Below the pieces are notes generated by a model. That model worked only from the letters and a program-made list of their open reading frames with translations. It was not told the origin of the DNA and made no database searches. A DNA stretch of 64,000 bases from the IMG/VR virus record IMGVR_UViG_3300009183_000045, one strand, 5' to 3'. The number at the start of each line of letters is the position of its first letter. The first letter of the stretch is position 1. The stretch is from a virus (Duplodnaviria > Caudoviricetes). Shown here piece by piece: positions 33,237-42,876 of this stretch. A program made the position numbers and the translations under genes.

Positions 33237-34125
33237 CATGTCTGAAAAATATATTATATTTCACATAGATGGTGGTGTAGGCAAAAGTGTGTTAGCCACC
33301 GCAGTTTGCACTTCTATAAAAGCAGCTCATCCAAACAGAAAATTAATTGTTATTTCTGCGTGGCCAGAAGTATTTTTACACAATCCCTTAATTTATAGAG
33401 TTTATAAAGCTGGTAATTTTGCATATTTTTATGAAGATTTTATTAAAAATAAAGACTCTTTAATTTTTCGACTAGAGCCCTATCATGCTCATGATTTTGT
33501 ACATCAATCTAAATCTTTAATTGAAATCTGGTGTGATTTACTGCACATTCCTTGCTCGACTCTACAACCCACTATAGTGTTGTCTCAAAGAGAAATTGTA
33601 AATGCTCAAAGTGTACTTGACAAAAAGAAATCTATATTAATGATTCATCCATTTGGTGGGGGAGATAATGAACCAAATTCCTATTCATGGGCCAGAGATC
33701 TACCACCAGCATTTGCTCAATCCCTGGTTAACAAGTTGTACAAACAATTCGATAAAGTTCTTCAAGTAAGGAGAGATAAGCAGATTTTATTAGAAAATAC
33801 TGTAAGTGTAACAGACAATTTGAGAAATTTATTTTGTTATGTTCATCTTTCAGATAAGATCATAGCCATGGACTCTATGATTCAGCATATAGCAGCAGCT
33901 TTAAACAAACCAGCGGTGGTTGGATGGATAGGCAATTCTCCAAATGTATTTGGGCATAAAATTCACACAAATGTACCACCACAACAAAGACCTGCCTTTA
34001 GACATTCCATTGATTCTTACATGGAAGAGTTGGATTGGACTGGAAAAAGATATCACGAATGTCCTTATGAAGACATTAATCACATTTTTGATGAAAAAGA
34101 ATTTTTAGAATATTGTAAATTATGA
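33229..34125 (+). CDS. GT9 (heptosyltransferase-like) GT-B glycosyltransferase
   Basis: DGGVGK.V..TAV, IHPFGG, IAMDSMIQH.AAALNKPAVV.W. Confidence 0.7.
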   Translation: MINMSEKYIIFHIDGGVGKSVLATAVCTSIKAAHPNRKLIVISAWPEVFLHNPLIYRVYKAGNFAYFYEDFIKNKDSLIFRLEPYHAHDFVHQSKSLIEIWCDLLHIPCSTLQPTIVLSQREIVNAQSVLDKKKSILMIHPFGGGDNEPNSYSWARDLPPAFAQSLVNKLYKQFDKVLQVRRDKQILLENTVSVTDNLRNLFCYVHLSDKIIAMDSMIQHIAAALNKPAVVGWIGNSPNVFGHKIHTNVPPQQRPAFRHSIDSYMEELDWTGKRYHECPYEDINHIFDEKEFLEYCKL

Positions 34126-34403
34126 GCCAAGATATAAATCCTGAAACAGTTGAAACCATCGTTAGCATAGGTAGAATTTTTTCCGAAAAGGAAAACATGT
34201 GGATGCCTTGTTTGAAAGATGAAGCCACACATGATATAGATCCTATGTGGGTTGCAGCAGTAATGTATTTGGTTCTAGACAGATATACTGGATGTGTTCC
34301 AGATGATAAACAAATAGAATTTTATGAAATGACTATGAAGTTTTTTGAAACCATGAAAGAAGATGGGGCTCAATATATTCTAAAAGTTCCTAGCGCGGAC
34401 TAA
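34122..34403 (+). CDS. Hypothetical protein, 93 aa
   Basis: ATGA overlap with the upstream gene. Confidence 0.6.
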   Translation: MSQDINPETVETIVSIGRIFSEKENMWMPCLKDEATHDIDPMWVAAVMYLVLDRYTGCVPDDKQIEFYEMTMKFFETMKEDGAQYILKVPSAD

Positions 34404-34406
34404 ATA
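34401..34406 (+). promoter_or_regulatory. Late promoter core TAAATA, 5 nt before the first DUF1501 ATG
   Basis: Read directly. Confidence 0.5.
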
Positions 34407-34411
34407 CCTAT

Positions 34412-35683
34412 ATGAACAGACGTGATTTTTTATACACTGGGTTGTTTGGGGGTTTGGGTTTAGCTACGGGTGACATGCTCAAACTGCAAGCGCAGTCTGG
34501 GTTGGTTCCGAAGGCACAGTCAGTAATACATATCTATTTGCCCGGCGGAGCTGCCGCTCAAGAAATGTGGGATCCAAAACCATTAGCACCTGCAGAGTAT
34601 AGAGGACCCTTAGGTTCCGTACAAACTGTAATTCCTGGTGTACATTTTTCTGAACACTTGGCCAAGACAGCAAAGATTGCAGATAAGATTACAGTAGTTC
34701 GATCTATGACCCATGGTGATGCCGCTCACGAGAGAGGAACCAGTACCATGTTTACCGGATATAGGCCTTCTCCAGCAGTTAACTACCCATCTTTTGGTGC
34801 AGTTACGTCTCATCAATTTGGTAGCAAAAATAATTTGCCAGCATACGTTTGTATTCCACAAAAATTAGACAACAATGGTAGCGATGTGGCAGGGACCGGA
34901 TATCTTTCTAATGCATTTGGTCCTTTTAGCTTAGGCAGTGACCCTGCAGCTCCTGGATTTAAAGTAAGAGATCTTCAAACCACAGTTAGTGATGAGCGCT
35001 TTAGCAAAAGACTAGGAATTCTTGACACAGTTGATAGTCACTTTAAATATCTAGAAAAGAGTGACAATCTTACTGCCATGGATACGTTCTACCAACAGGC
35101 GTATGATCTTATTGCTTCGCCGAAAGCAAGAGGAGCTTTTGATCTGACCCAGGAAAAAGATATGCTCCGAGACGCTTACGGCCGCAATCAAGCCGGCCAG
35201 CGTTTGTTAATGGCTCGCCGCCTAGTTGAATCAGGAGTTCGATTTGTATCTGTAACATATGGAGGATGGGATATGCATACTGGTATTGGTTCAGGGATCA
35301 GCAAGACATTGCCTCCCTTTGATCAGGCTTATTCTACTTTAATTAACGACTTAGATCAAAGAGGAATGCTTAATGACACCATTGTAATGGTATCTTCTGA
35401 GTTTGGTCGTACTCCAAAAATTAATAAAGACGGCGGAAGAGATCATTGGCCTCGAGTATTTTCAGTAGTATTTGCGGGTGGAGGCTTTAAACGTGGATAT
35501 ATTCACGGTGCTTCTGATGCAACTGGAGGAGATGTGGATAATTCACCTCTAACTATTGAAAACCTAGCGGCAACTCTGTATACTCAGCTTGGAATTGATC
35601 CAGATTCTAAGCTTATGACACAAGATGGCCGGCCCGTTGCGGTTGTTTATAACGGAACAGCAGTAAAAGAACTTATAGCATAA
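34412..35683 (+). CDS. DUF1501 family protein with Tat signal (copy 1)
   Basis: MNRRDFL, KAQSVIHIYLPGG, WDPKP, ARRLVESGVRFV, WDMH, SEFGRTP, RDHW, GGGFKRG. Confidence 0.93.
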   Translation: MNRRDFLYTGLFGGLGLATGDMLKLQAQSGLVPKAQSVIHIYLPGGAAAQEMWDPKPLAPAEYRGPLGSVQTVIPGVHFSEHLAKTAKIADKITVVRSMTHGDAAHERGTSTMFTGYRPSPAVNYPSFGAVTSHQFGSKNNLPAYVCIPQKLDNNGSDVAGTGYLSNAFGPFSLGSDPAAPGFKVRDLQTTVSDERFSKRLGILDTVDSHFKYLEKSDNLTAMDTFYQQAYDLIASPKARGAFDLTQEKDMLRDAYGRNQAGQRLLMARRLVESGVRFVSVTYGGWDMHTGIGSGISKTLPPFDQAYSTLINDLDQRGMLNDTIVMVSSEFGRTPKINKDGGRDHWPRVFSVVFAGGGFKRGYIHGASDATGGDVDNSPLTIENLAATLYTQLGIDPDSKLMTQDGRPVAVVYNGTAVKELIA

Positions 35684-35684
35684 T

Positions 35685-37052
35685 ATGAAAGACTGTGGTA
35701 ATCATATCGAGTCCGTTCCTACTACTAGGAGAGAATTATTAACTAATTTTGGGTGGGGTATGGGAGGATTGTCTTTAGCTTCTTTGTTGGGAGTATGTCC
35801 TAATACAGCCGAAGCCGTATCTCCTCTTGCAGCAAAAAATCCACACTTTCCTGTAAAGGCAAGAGCAGTCATTCAACTAGTAGCAAGTGGTGCTCCAAGC
35901 CATGTTGATACGTTTGATTACAAACCCGAACTGCAAAAAAGAGATGGCCAAAAAGGAGACAATGGCAATCTTCTTGCTTCACCTTTCGAGTTTCCTCGAT
36001 TTGGTAAATCTGGATTGCACATTTCTGAAGTATGGTCCAAGTTAGGAGCTCATGCTGATGATATGGCGATCATCAATTCCATGTTTACCGAAATTCCTGA
36101 TCACAACATTGCCCAAAAAATGTTTAATACCGGATCAGCACAATTGCCCAAGCCTAGTTTAGGAAGTTGGTTGGCATATGGACTAGGAACCACTAATCAA
36201 AATATGCCGGCATTCATTTCTTTAAATGGGAGTCCAGAATGGAGACAGTGTGCTTTTTTACCCGGAATGTTTCAGGGTTGCAATGTTCAATATAAAAATA
36301 ACATGAAGTCAGATCAGATCCTTTCTAATCTAACCAGTCAGTTTTCTACATTAGACCGCCAGCGCCGGCAGTTAGATTTAGCCAAGATGATGAATTATGA
36401 TCACATGAGTCGCCTACAGAAGGACATTCAGCTGGAATCTAGAATCGAAACATTTGAAACTGCATTTAAGATGCAAACAGAAGCAACAGACGCTTTTGAT
36501 ATATCTAAAGAATCAGAAGCTACCCATGAGTTATATGGCAAAAACGAAGAAGGAAATAAAATGATGGTTGCTCGGCGCCTGGTAGAGAGAGGAGTTCGGT
36601 ATGTTCAAGTCCAAGTTGGTGGTTATGATCATCATATGGATATAAAAACAGCTATGACCCGGACCGCTGGTAGATATGACCAAGCCTTCTCTGCTCTTCT
36701 TACTGACCTTAAACAGCGAGGACAGCTAGATTCCACTCTTGTAATCTGGGGTGGAGAGTTTGGTCGTACTGTCACGGCAGGCGGCGGCGCGGGTGCCCCT
36801 GGAAGAGATCATAATGGTAAGGCATTTTCTGTGTGGATGGCTGGTGGAGGTGTTAAAGGCGGCCAGCGATATGGCGAAACAGATGAAACCGGCTCCAAAT
36901 CAATTAAAGATGTAGTACATATTCATGATTTACATGCTACAATTTTAGCCCTTATGGGATTTGATCATAAAAAATTGACTTACAATTATAACGGAAGAGA
37001 GTTTCGATTAACTGATAACTTTGGAAACGTGGTTAAAGAAATTATTTCTTAA
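35685..37052 (+). CDS. DUF1501 family protein with Tat-like signal (copy 2)
   Basis: TRRELL..G.G.G.LSLA.LL, KARAVIQL...GAPSHVDTFDYKP, ARRLVERGVR, YDHH, WGGEFGRT, GRDHN. Confidence 0.93.
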   Translation: MKDCGNHIESVPTTRRELLTNFGWGMGGLSLASLLGVCPNTAEAVSPLAAKNPHFPVKARAVIQLVASGAPSHVDTFDYKPELQKRDGQKGDNGNLLASPFEFPRFGKSGLHISEVWSKLGAHADDMAIINSMFTEIPDHNIAQKMFNTGSAQLPKPSLGSWLAYGLGTTNQNMPAFISLNGSPEWRQCAFLPGMFQGCNVQYKNNMKSDQILSNLTSQFSTLDRQRRQLDLAKMMNYDHMSRLQKDIQLESRIETFETAFKMQTEATDAFDISKESEATHELYGKNEEGNKMMVARRLVERGVRYVQVQVGGYDHHMDIKTAMTRTAGRYDQAFSALLTDLKQRGQLDSTLVIWGGEFGRTVTAGGGAGAPGRDHNGKAFSVWMAGGGVKGGQRYGETDETGSKSIKDVVHIHDLHATILALMGFDHKKLTYNYNGREFRLTDNFGNVVKEIIS

Positions 37053-37054
37053 TT

Positions 37055-37867
37055 TTACTCTTCATAAAAGAAATTAATTTTTAACTTGGACAGACTATCG
37101 CATACCCACGCAACACTATCATCTCTAGTCCACTCCTGAGTTTTAGTGCGAATTCCTTTAATAAACACATCGGAGAAATTTTCACCAAAATTAATTTCCG
37201 GTGTTCCATACCTACCATGAATAACACCCAACGCAGCTGCATTAGGTAAACTTTCAATAACTCTCATCCAGCATTGTCTAAACGCGTCCGGACAAACTAA
37301 CCAAAAAGATAATAAATTCATATCCAGGGTCTGTTCGGCGGTTTTGAGAATTACAGAACCCCGAAATGTATGATTATTTTTTGATATTGAACAATATTGA
37401 GTTATAGAAACCGCCCGCCCCGACTGTTCTATCAAATAAGCCAACACCGCAACAATAGCACCCCTTTCAATCATGGCATTTTTAGAGAAACCAGAAGGAG
37501 CGGTGGAGTTTATTCCTATTTTAATGATTTTTCTTTCATCATCCGGGTCTTTAGATATAAAAGATCCCTTATTAAAAGATTGCTGAGGATCAAGCCAGCA
37601 CTCTGGCGCACCAGAACAAACTAAACCTATATCAAAAAATAAGCCAGCTGTAGCAGGAAAAAATTCCTTCCAGAATTTTTCTGGTTCTATTTGTAGCGGC
37701 AGATTTTGAAGTAAATCAACTATATAGGACATCCCATCAGACCACCCACCCCGAGCATTACTCAGAACAGATGAGTCACTACCATAATCTATAAAATCTA
37801 TAAGATCTTGTGTAGATTCAAAGTTGAGAATAGTTTCCATGCAATTAAGCCTGACGTATTTTGTCAA
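37055..37867 (-). CDS. vWA-like partner of a MoxR/CobS AAA ATPase
   Basis: FDIG....GAPECW, IGINSTA.SG, RGAIV..L...IE..G; adjacent to the AAA gene. Confidence 0.6.
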   Translation of the reverse strand: MTKYVRLNCMETILNFESTQDLIDFIDYGSDSSVLSNARGGWSDGMSYIVDLLQNLPLQIEPEKFWKEFFPATAGLFFDIGLVCSGAPECWLDPQQSFNKGSFISKDPDDERKIIKIGINSTAPSGFSKNAMIERGAIVAVLAYLIEQSGRAVSITQYCSISKNNHTFRGSVILKTAEQTLDMNLLSFWLVCPDAFRQCWMRVIESLPNAAALGVIHGRYGTPEINFGENFSDVFIKGIRTKTQEWTRDDSVAWVCDSLSKLKINFFYEE

Positions 37868-38897
37868 TTGTATTTGGTGACATGGCTTTATACAAAAGAC
37901 CCTTTTCTAAAAATTGAATAGGAACTCCCTGCTTAATTAAAGCAATTCCTATATAAGTGGCTCTCGGCGAAATAATAGCCTTAATACCCAATTCTACTAT
38001 TGTATCTCGTGTTTTCTTAACAGTTTCAAGCCAGGATTCTACTGTTGGAACTTTTTGACCAGCATTATCCCATTGAGGTGAAGAAATTCCTGGGTAACCA
38101 GCAACATGAGATTCTAATCCATCATCATACGGCATTTCAATAAAAAAGAAACGATCCAGCGTTGCGGCATCTATCTGAACTCTGCCTACATATCCACTGG
38201 TTGCTCCTAAACCAAAAGTGTTAGCACATGCAATAACCACAAAATCTGCATGGCGTTTAACTGCTCTGTCAGGAAACTCATTTGAATCATTGGCCAACGC
38301 ACTATTAAGTACCGCCAAAACATTAGCATTGCCGTTGTCTATTTCATCGAGACAAAATATACCACCATTTTCATAGGCCTGCCTAAAACTAGTAGACCTA
38401 TAAACACCCTGGGCGTCCATATATCCCAAGAGATCTGTTTTAGTAGTTTGACTACACACACTTAAGGCAGCATATGGTAGATTCAATTTAGCAGCAGTAG
38501 CGGCAGCTAAGGTAGATTTTCCGCTTCCAGCCGGCCCCACAAGCCACACATGACAACGAGCATTTAATACTTTTGTAACAAGGGGAAATAAATAGTGATG
38601 ACGAACTTTGTCTGGTTTAATCTCCAAAGTAGCCGCCAAAGGTGAAGACACTTCTTTAATAATTTCTTTAATAAGAGGATCTTCTTCCTTTGCCTTCTTA
38701 ATAAGTTCTTGTATTCTCAATTCTTCTCTTTGTTTATGTAAATCTTCTACATCTCTAGATCGAACTATGTGAATATTTGCTCTAAGTATTTGTTGTTCCG
38801 GTGTCAAAGTGGCGGTAAACTGATCACTTATTTCATGCATCAATTTACTTTTTTCTTTAATCAATTCATCAAGTTGTTTTATTGTATAATTTTCCAT
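37845..38897 (-). CDS. MoxR/CbbQ/CobS-type AAA+ ATPase
   Basis: GPAGSGKST, LDEID.GN, ACANT.G.G, DAATLDRF. Confidence 0.9.
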   Translation of the reverse strand: MENYTIKQLDELIKEKSKLMHEISDQFTATLTPEQQILRANIHIVRSRDVEDLHKQREELRIQELIKKAKEEDPLIKEIIKEVSSPLAATLEIKPDKVRHHYLFPLVTKVLNARCHVWLVGPAGSGKSTLAAATAAKLNLPYAALSVCSQTTKTDLLGYMDAQGVYRSTSFRQAYENGGIFCLDEIDNGNANVLAVLNSALANDSNEFPDRAVKRHADFVVIACANTFGLGATSGYVGRVQIDAATLDRFFFIEMPYDDGLESHVAGYPGISSPQWDNAGQKVPTVESWLETVKKTRDTIVELGIKAIISPRATYIGIALIKQGVPIQFLEKGLLYKAMSPNTIDKIRQA

Positions 38898-38953
38898 ATA
38901 GTTATATTTATTAATTTAGTTCATTCTCTTGCACTTTAGAATCATCATTGGAT

Positions 38954-39931
38954 TCATATTAATTCAAAATAATTAGGTTTTATGTTAAAACTCAGTCCCT
39001 CATTATAACTAGTTATGTTAATGTTGTTAATCATGAGCTTGGTTCTGCCTATTAAGTGCAAATACAGATGTTCGGTTTTAATGCCCCGCTCGTCCTGAAT
39101 TCTAAATAATTTTCCTTTTTGATAAGAAAAATACTGGTTGGTGTAATTTTTAATATTATTTTCTTCAAAATGTCTTGGTATGAAAACATCTTTATAAGAA
39201 GCATTTTCTGCGGGGTTAAACAAATCACACATTTCACCGTTTTCCGTCAACTTATAAAATTTATAAGTTGGAATCAACGTAGAATACACCTTTACAGTGC
39301 CCTGTGACCACCCTTCACAAGTTAAAAGATGTTTATGATTTTTGTTAATAAGTTCATCTTTATGTTTATTTAAACTAAGGTTTAAATAATTTTTATGCCC
39401 ATTTTCAGGCCAAACACCAATATTTGTGAGAATTTGTTTAATAAACCCATCATTTTTATATAGACAAAAATGCCCTCTAGAACCTATAAAATTATAGTTT
39501 TTATCCATTAAAGGTTGTATTATATTTTCAATATCACCCATTATGGTATCATTATCAAAATAACCACAATATTCATACCCCTCTAAGTCTTTTTTAAAAA
39601 TGTCATCAAAATAACACCTATAATCGGCAAATTTATACATTGGAGTTTTTGCTTTAAATACAGTTTCTTTTTCTCTAACGTTTAAAAGCAAAGGATCCGG
39701 GATATCTAAATCAAACCAATCTTTTAAAGTAGCAGTTAACATGGGATTTAAATCTTCAGCAGTTAAAAATTTATCTATTACATTAGAAGGTAGTTCCGGT
39801 TTATTTTTTATGTCATTGATAAACAAAAAGTCTATATTCTTATTTTGTGCCAAGCTGTACAAAAATAAATTAAAAAACGGATGCAGTTGTCCGTGCATGT
39901 GAAATATTAGACATATTTTATTTTTTTTCAT
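38954..39931 (-). CDS. DUF6625-like putative glycosyltransferase
   Basis: G.L..FFNLFL.S...N..IDFL, YKFADYR, GY..CGYFDND..MGDI; start moved to MKKNK (ATG 39931) to remove the overlap. Confidence 0.65.
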   Translation of the reverse strand: MKKNKICLIFHMHGQLHPFFNLFLYSLAQNKNIDFLFINDIKNKPELPSNVIDKFLTAEDLNPMLTATLKDWFDLDIPDPLLLNVREKETVFKAKTPMYKFADYRCYFDDIFKKDLEGYEYCGYFDNDTIMGDIENIIQPLMDKNYNFIGSRGHFCLYKNDGFIKQILTNIGVWPENGHKNYLNLSLNKHKDELINKNHKHLLTCEGWSQGTVKVYSTLIPTYKFYKLTENGEMCDLFNPAENASYKDVFIPRHFEENNIKNYTNQYFSYQKGKLFRIQDERGIKTEHLYLHLIGRTKLMINNINITSYNEGLSFNIKPNYFELI

Positions 39932-39938
39932 ATTGGAT

Positions 39939-40940
39939 TTATAACAAACTTTGTATTTTTTTGAGTACATCCTCTTTTCTGAGTTTAAAATTTGCACAAG
40001 TAGGATCCGAGGCTCTGGCTTTATTAGTGGGAGTAAAATTTTCATAACCTTCAAGGCCACTATAGGCCATATTCATCCCCTTTGCTGTGCGTTGACTGCA
40101 CTGTAAAGCTCCGTTCTTAGGAGATACAAATAGTATTTTAGCTTTGTTTGGGTTGCAGTATATTTGGTTTGTACTTCCTGTACCGCCGATAACCATTACA
40201 AATTTTGCGTTTCTGAATAGTTGTACTTGTTCTATATAAGGCATTCCGGTTAATGTAATTTTTCTAATTGGTATATCGTTTTCATTTAAAAACTGTAGTA
40301 TTTCTTCTTGATTTAGCAAAAGCCTGCAATCGGAGTCATCCCTGCCTACATATATAAAATCTGTTGGGTTCTCTTCAGGAATTAAGTATTTTTCTAATTT
40401 TTCTGAAAAATAGGATAAAGGTAGGCACCCAGCCGTGGATGTTTTGGTTGAAATTACAAGATTTTCTTTTGTAGTATATAGAACATCACGTTCCGCAAAA
40501 ATTAGCTCATAACTATCTATATTAAAATTAAAAATGTGTCGCAGGACTTCTTTTAAAACGTTACCTGCTCTGCACCACGTCATAAGTATGGCAGTGTTCT
40601 CTGGTGTATATTTTTCAAGAACACCCAAATCTTTATAAAGCAAAAATTGCCCGATAGTCTCATGATGAAGATGCCAGTAATGGCTACCAGTATTTAACTG
40701 AAGCAAATTTTTATCACTCTTTATAGTATGTTTTGGAATTTTTTCCGGTATAGCTTCTTTTTTACTATCTTTAATCCTATTACCAGAACACGAACGTATT
40801 ATTTCTCCAAAAGAGTCTTTAGCTACATCTATATCCCCATCCATGGACATAAAAGATCCTTTAGGAAGCTCATATAAAAAATATGGATCTGGTTGAAAGT
40901 GCAAACTAGAGGATTTATCAAAGTATTTTGTTTTTTTCAT
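39939..40940 (-). CDS. GT61 (DUF563) glycosyltransferase
   Basis: YWHLHHE, IYVGR....RLLLNQ.E, EQVQLF.NAK.V...G. Confidence 0.8.
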   Translation of the reverse strand: MKKTKYFDKSSSLHFQPDPYFLYELPKGSFMSMDGDIDVAKDSFGEIIRSCSGNRIKDSKKEAIPEKIPKHTIKSDKNLLQLNTGSHYWHLHHETIGQFLLYKDLGVLEKYTPENTAILMTWCRAGNVLKEVLRHIFNFNIDSYELIFAERDVLYTTKENLVISTKTSTAGCLPLSYFSEKLEKYLIPEENPTDFIYVGRDDSDCRLLLNQEEILQFLNENDIPIRKITLTGMPYIEQVQLFRNAKFVMVIGGTGSTNQIYCNPNKAKILFVSPKNGALQCSQRTAKGMNMAYSGLEGYENFTPTNKARASDPTCANFKLRKEDVLKKIQSLL

Positions 40941-40945
40941 AATGT

Positions 40946-41740
40946 TTAATAGGTCTGTCTTAAAAAGCCGTTGTATAGATTAACGCAGTATTTGTATTCT
41001 AGCTCATGCTTTTCATTAAGAAAACTACCGTAGTTTTTAATGTGAGGGTTTGTTAATTTTCTACTTTCATTAAGGTATATTTTAAAATGATAGGGTTTAG
41101 GTCCGTGGAAATGAATTAAATAGGCACTTTCATTTATGCCCCAATAAGGTTTCCAATTTATTTCATCTGATATTTTTTGATGTTTATAAAATTCATTTAA
41201 TGCTCCTTGATCTGTCGCTACAAATTTAAATTGTTTGGAAATTACAAAATCATAAAATTCCTGATATGTATCAAGCATATTTTTGGTATTACACCACATT
41301 ACACCGGAGTTGAACATCTTTACATCATTTTGATTAAATTCTCCAGTGGCTGCTATGGTTTCTGGAGTAAGTTTCAATAAAAAATCTGTAGGATCTCTGG
41401 TAAAAATAACGTCACAGTCTGTATACAAATAATACTCTATATCCAAGTTTAGCTGTTTAATTATTAAAGGTATATCTATGCGCAAAAAGGCCCCATAAAA
41501 AGTTTTGTGAGCAACCTCTTCAACCATTTCTGTTATTTTATTTTTAAAAGAAGATTCGTGTAATATTACAGTCACTCCATTTTCTTTTAGAAAATTAATG
41601 AATTCTTTATTATCACCATCATATAAGCAGTAAGCATTAAAATTGTAACTCAATGAACTTAGAACTGCAACTTTAGCCATGTCCATAAAGGCCCCGGACC
41701 TATTTTCATTCAAACAAAAAAACCAATTTATTTTTTTCAT
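40946..41740 (-). CDS. GT8 glycosyltransferase
   Basis: FLRIDIP, LYTDCDV, FNSGVM, DQGALN, NWKPYWG, IHFHGPKP. Confidence 0.88.
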   Translation of the reverse strand: MKKINWFFCLNENRSGAFMDMAKVAVLSSLSYNFNAYCLYDGDNKEFINFLKENGVTVILHESSFKNKITEMVEEVAHKTFYGAFLRIDIPLIIKQLNLDIEYYLYTDCDVIFTRDPTDFLLKLTPETIAATGEFNQNDVKMFNSGVMWCNTKNMLDTYQEFYDFVISKQFKFVATDQGALNEFYKHQKISDEINWKPYWGINESAYLIHFHGPKPYHFKIYLNESRKLTNPHIKNYGSFLNEKHELEYKYCVNLYNGFLRQTY

Positions 41741-42522
41741 AACAATTTTTTAACTTTTTCTACATATTTAAGAGCTAGGTCATCATAGACATCATTTTTA
41801 TCATATGTATCAAACATTTCTATAGGCCTTTTTTCATTAACAGTGGCTCTTCCTCTTCGTCTTTTTTCTATCCAGTCTTCATAAGATCTGTTAAAATAAT
41901 GATTAACTCTTATTTTATTTGCTATTGATTTTTCTATTCTACCTTCTTGAGTTTCATCTATTAAATCGCCGTTTTCATTTACTATTCCTTTGGTGGTAGA
42001 AAACATATGAGGTGTCATATAACCTTTTATTTCATTGGGTTTAACTATTACTTTTACATGAGTATTAGGATGCCAGTCATCACGAGCTCTGTATAAAAAA
42101 TTTTCTAAACAAGTACCAGGTTTTCTTAATATATTTCCGGAAGAACCGTATATACGCCAGCTGACACCCAGCCCGGAATAATTTTTATAATCTTCTAGAA
42201 AAGTCCTTAAATCTGTTGGTTCTTCTGGCATGAAATATTCATCTGCATCACAATATATCATCCATTCAGTGTTGTTTCTTCCGTAATTTTTATAAGAAAC
42301 TTGATAAGCATAACCCTGTCTATCTGGGCTTGGTGAATCAAAATCTATTAAAAGTATATCATCTCGGAAAGATAGATCATTTATTTTATCTTCTGTGTCA
42401 TCAGTACTCTTATCATTAAAAACATAAAATTTTTCAACGCCAAGGGTCTTGTAATAGGTCAACCATTCCTGGATGTAATGAGATTCGTTTTTAACACAGG
42501 TTGTAAGAGAAAGATATTCCAT
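41737..42522 (-). CDS. GT92/GT2-like glycosyltransferase
   Basis: KNE..YIQEWL.YY..LGVEKFYVF.D, WMIYCDADEY, HVKVIV, INHY-like VNHYFNRS. Confidence 0.85.
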   Translation of the reverse strand: MEYLSLTTCVKNESHYIQEWLTYYKTLGVEKFYVFNDKSTDDTEDKINDLSFRDDILLIDFDSPSPDRQGYAYQVSYKNYGRNNTEWMIYCDADEYFMPEEPTDLRTFLEDYKNYSGLGVSWRIYGSSGNILRKPGTCLENFLYRARDDWHPNTHVKVIVKPNEIKGYMTPHMFSTTKGIVNENGDLIDETQEGRIEKSIANKIRVNHYFNRSYEDWIEKRRRGRATVNEKRPIEMFDTYDKNDVYDDLALKYVEKVKKLL

Positions 42523-42527
42523 AAAAA

Positions 42528-42875
42528 TTATACACTAACGTATGTAATTCCCTGAATTTTTACATTTTCAACAGTTCTGGTAGAAACTTTTCTATTAGGT
42601 TCATCTGTTAACAAATAAGACCTTTGTTCTCTTTTACCGTGTAATGTGTAATGTTTTTTAAGTTCTAAATCTGTTAATTTTTCCAAATCATTATTCATTA
42701 TTTTGTAATTATTAGAGTCAAATTTTTCAGGTAAAATGTGTTTATGTTTACGATTTTCGTGCACACCAAATCTGGTGTAGTGTATAATCAATTGTTCTTC
42801 ATTCATATGAGAGAGGTCTTCGTTATACAATTTGTATAATTCCCAATCTATATCTTCTAATGATTCTTCTGACAT
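42528..42875 (-). CDS. Small protein with two Y...N.DL...HY...G..E.R repeats
   Basis: DWELYKLYNEDL..HYTRFGVHENR and NNYKIMNNDL..HYTLHGKREQR. Confidence 0.7.
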   Translation of the reverse strand: MSEESLEDIDWELYKLYNEDLSHMNEEQLIIHYTRFGVHENRKHKHILPEKFDSNNYKIMNNDLEKLTDLELKKHYTLHGKREQRSYLLTDEPNRKVSTRTVENVKIQGITYVSV

Positions 42876-42876
42876 A

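Noticed and set aside
39932-40060. Longer start for the DUF6625-like gene
   Set aside because: Would overlap the GT61 gene by 122 nt; ATG 39931 fits better
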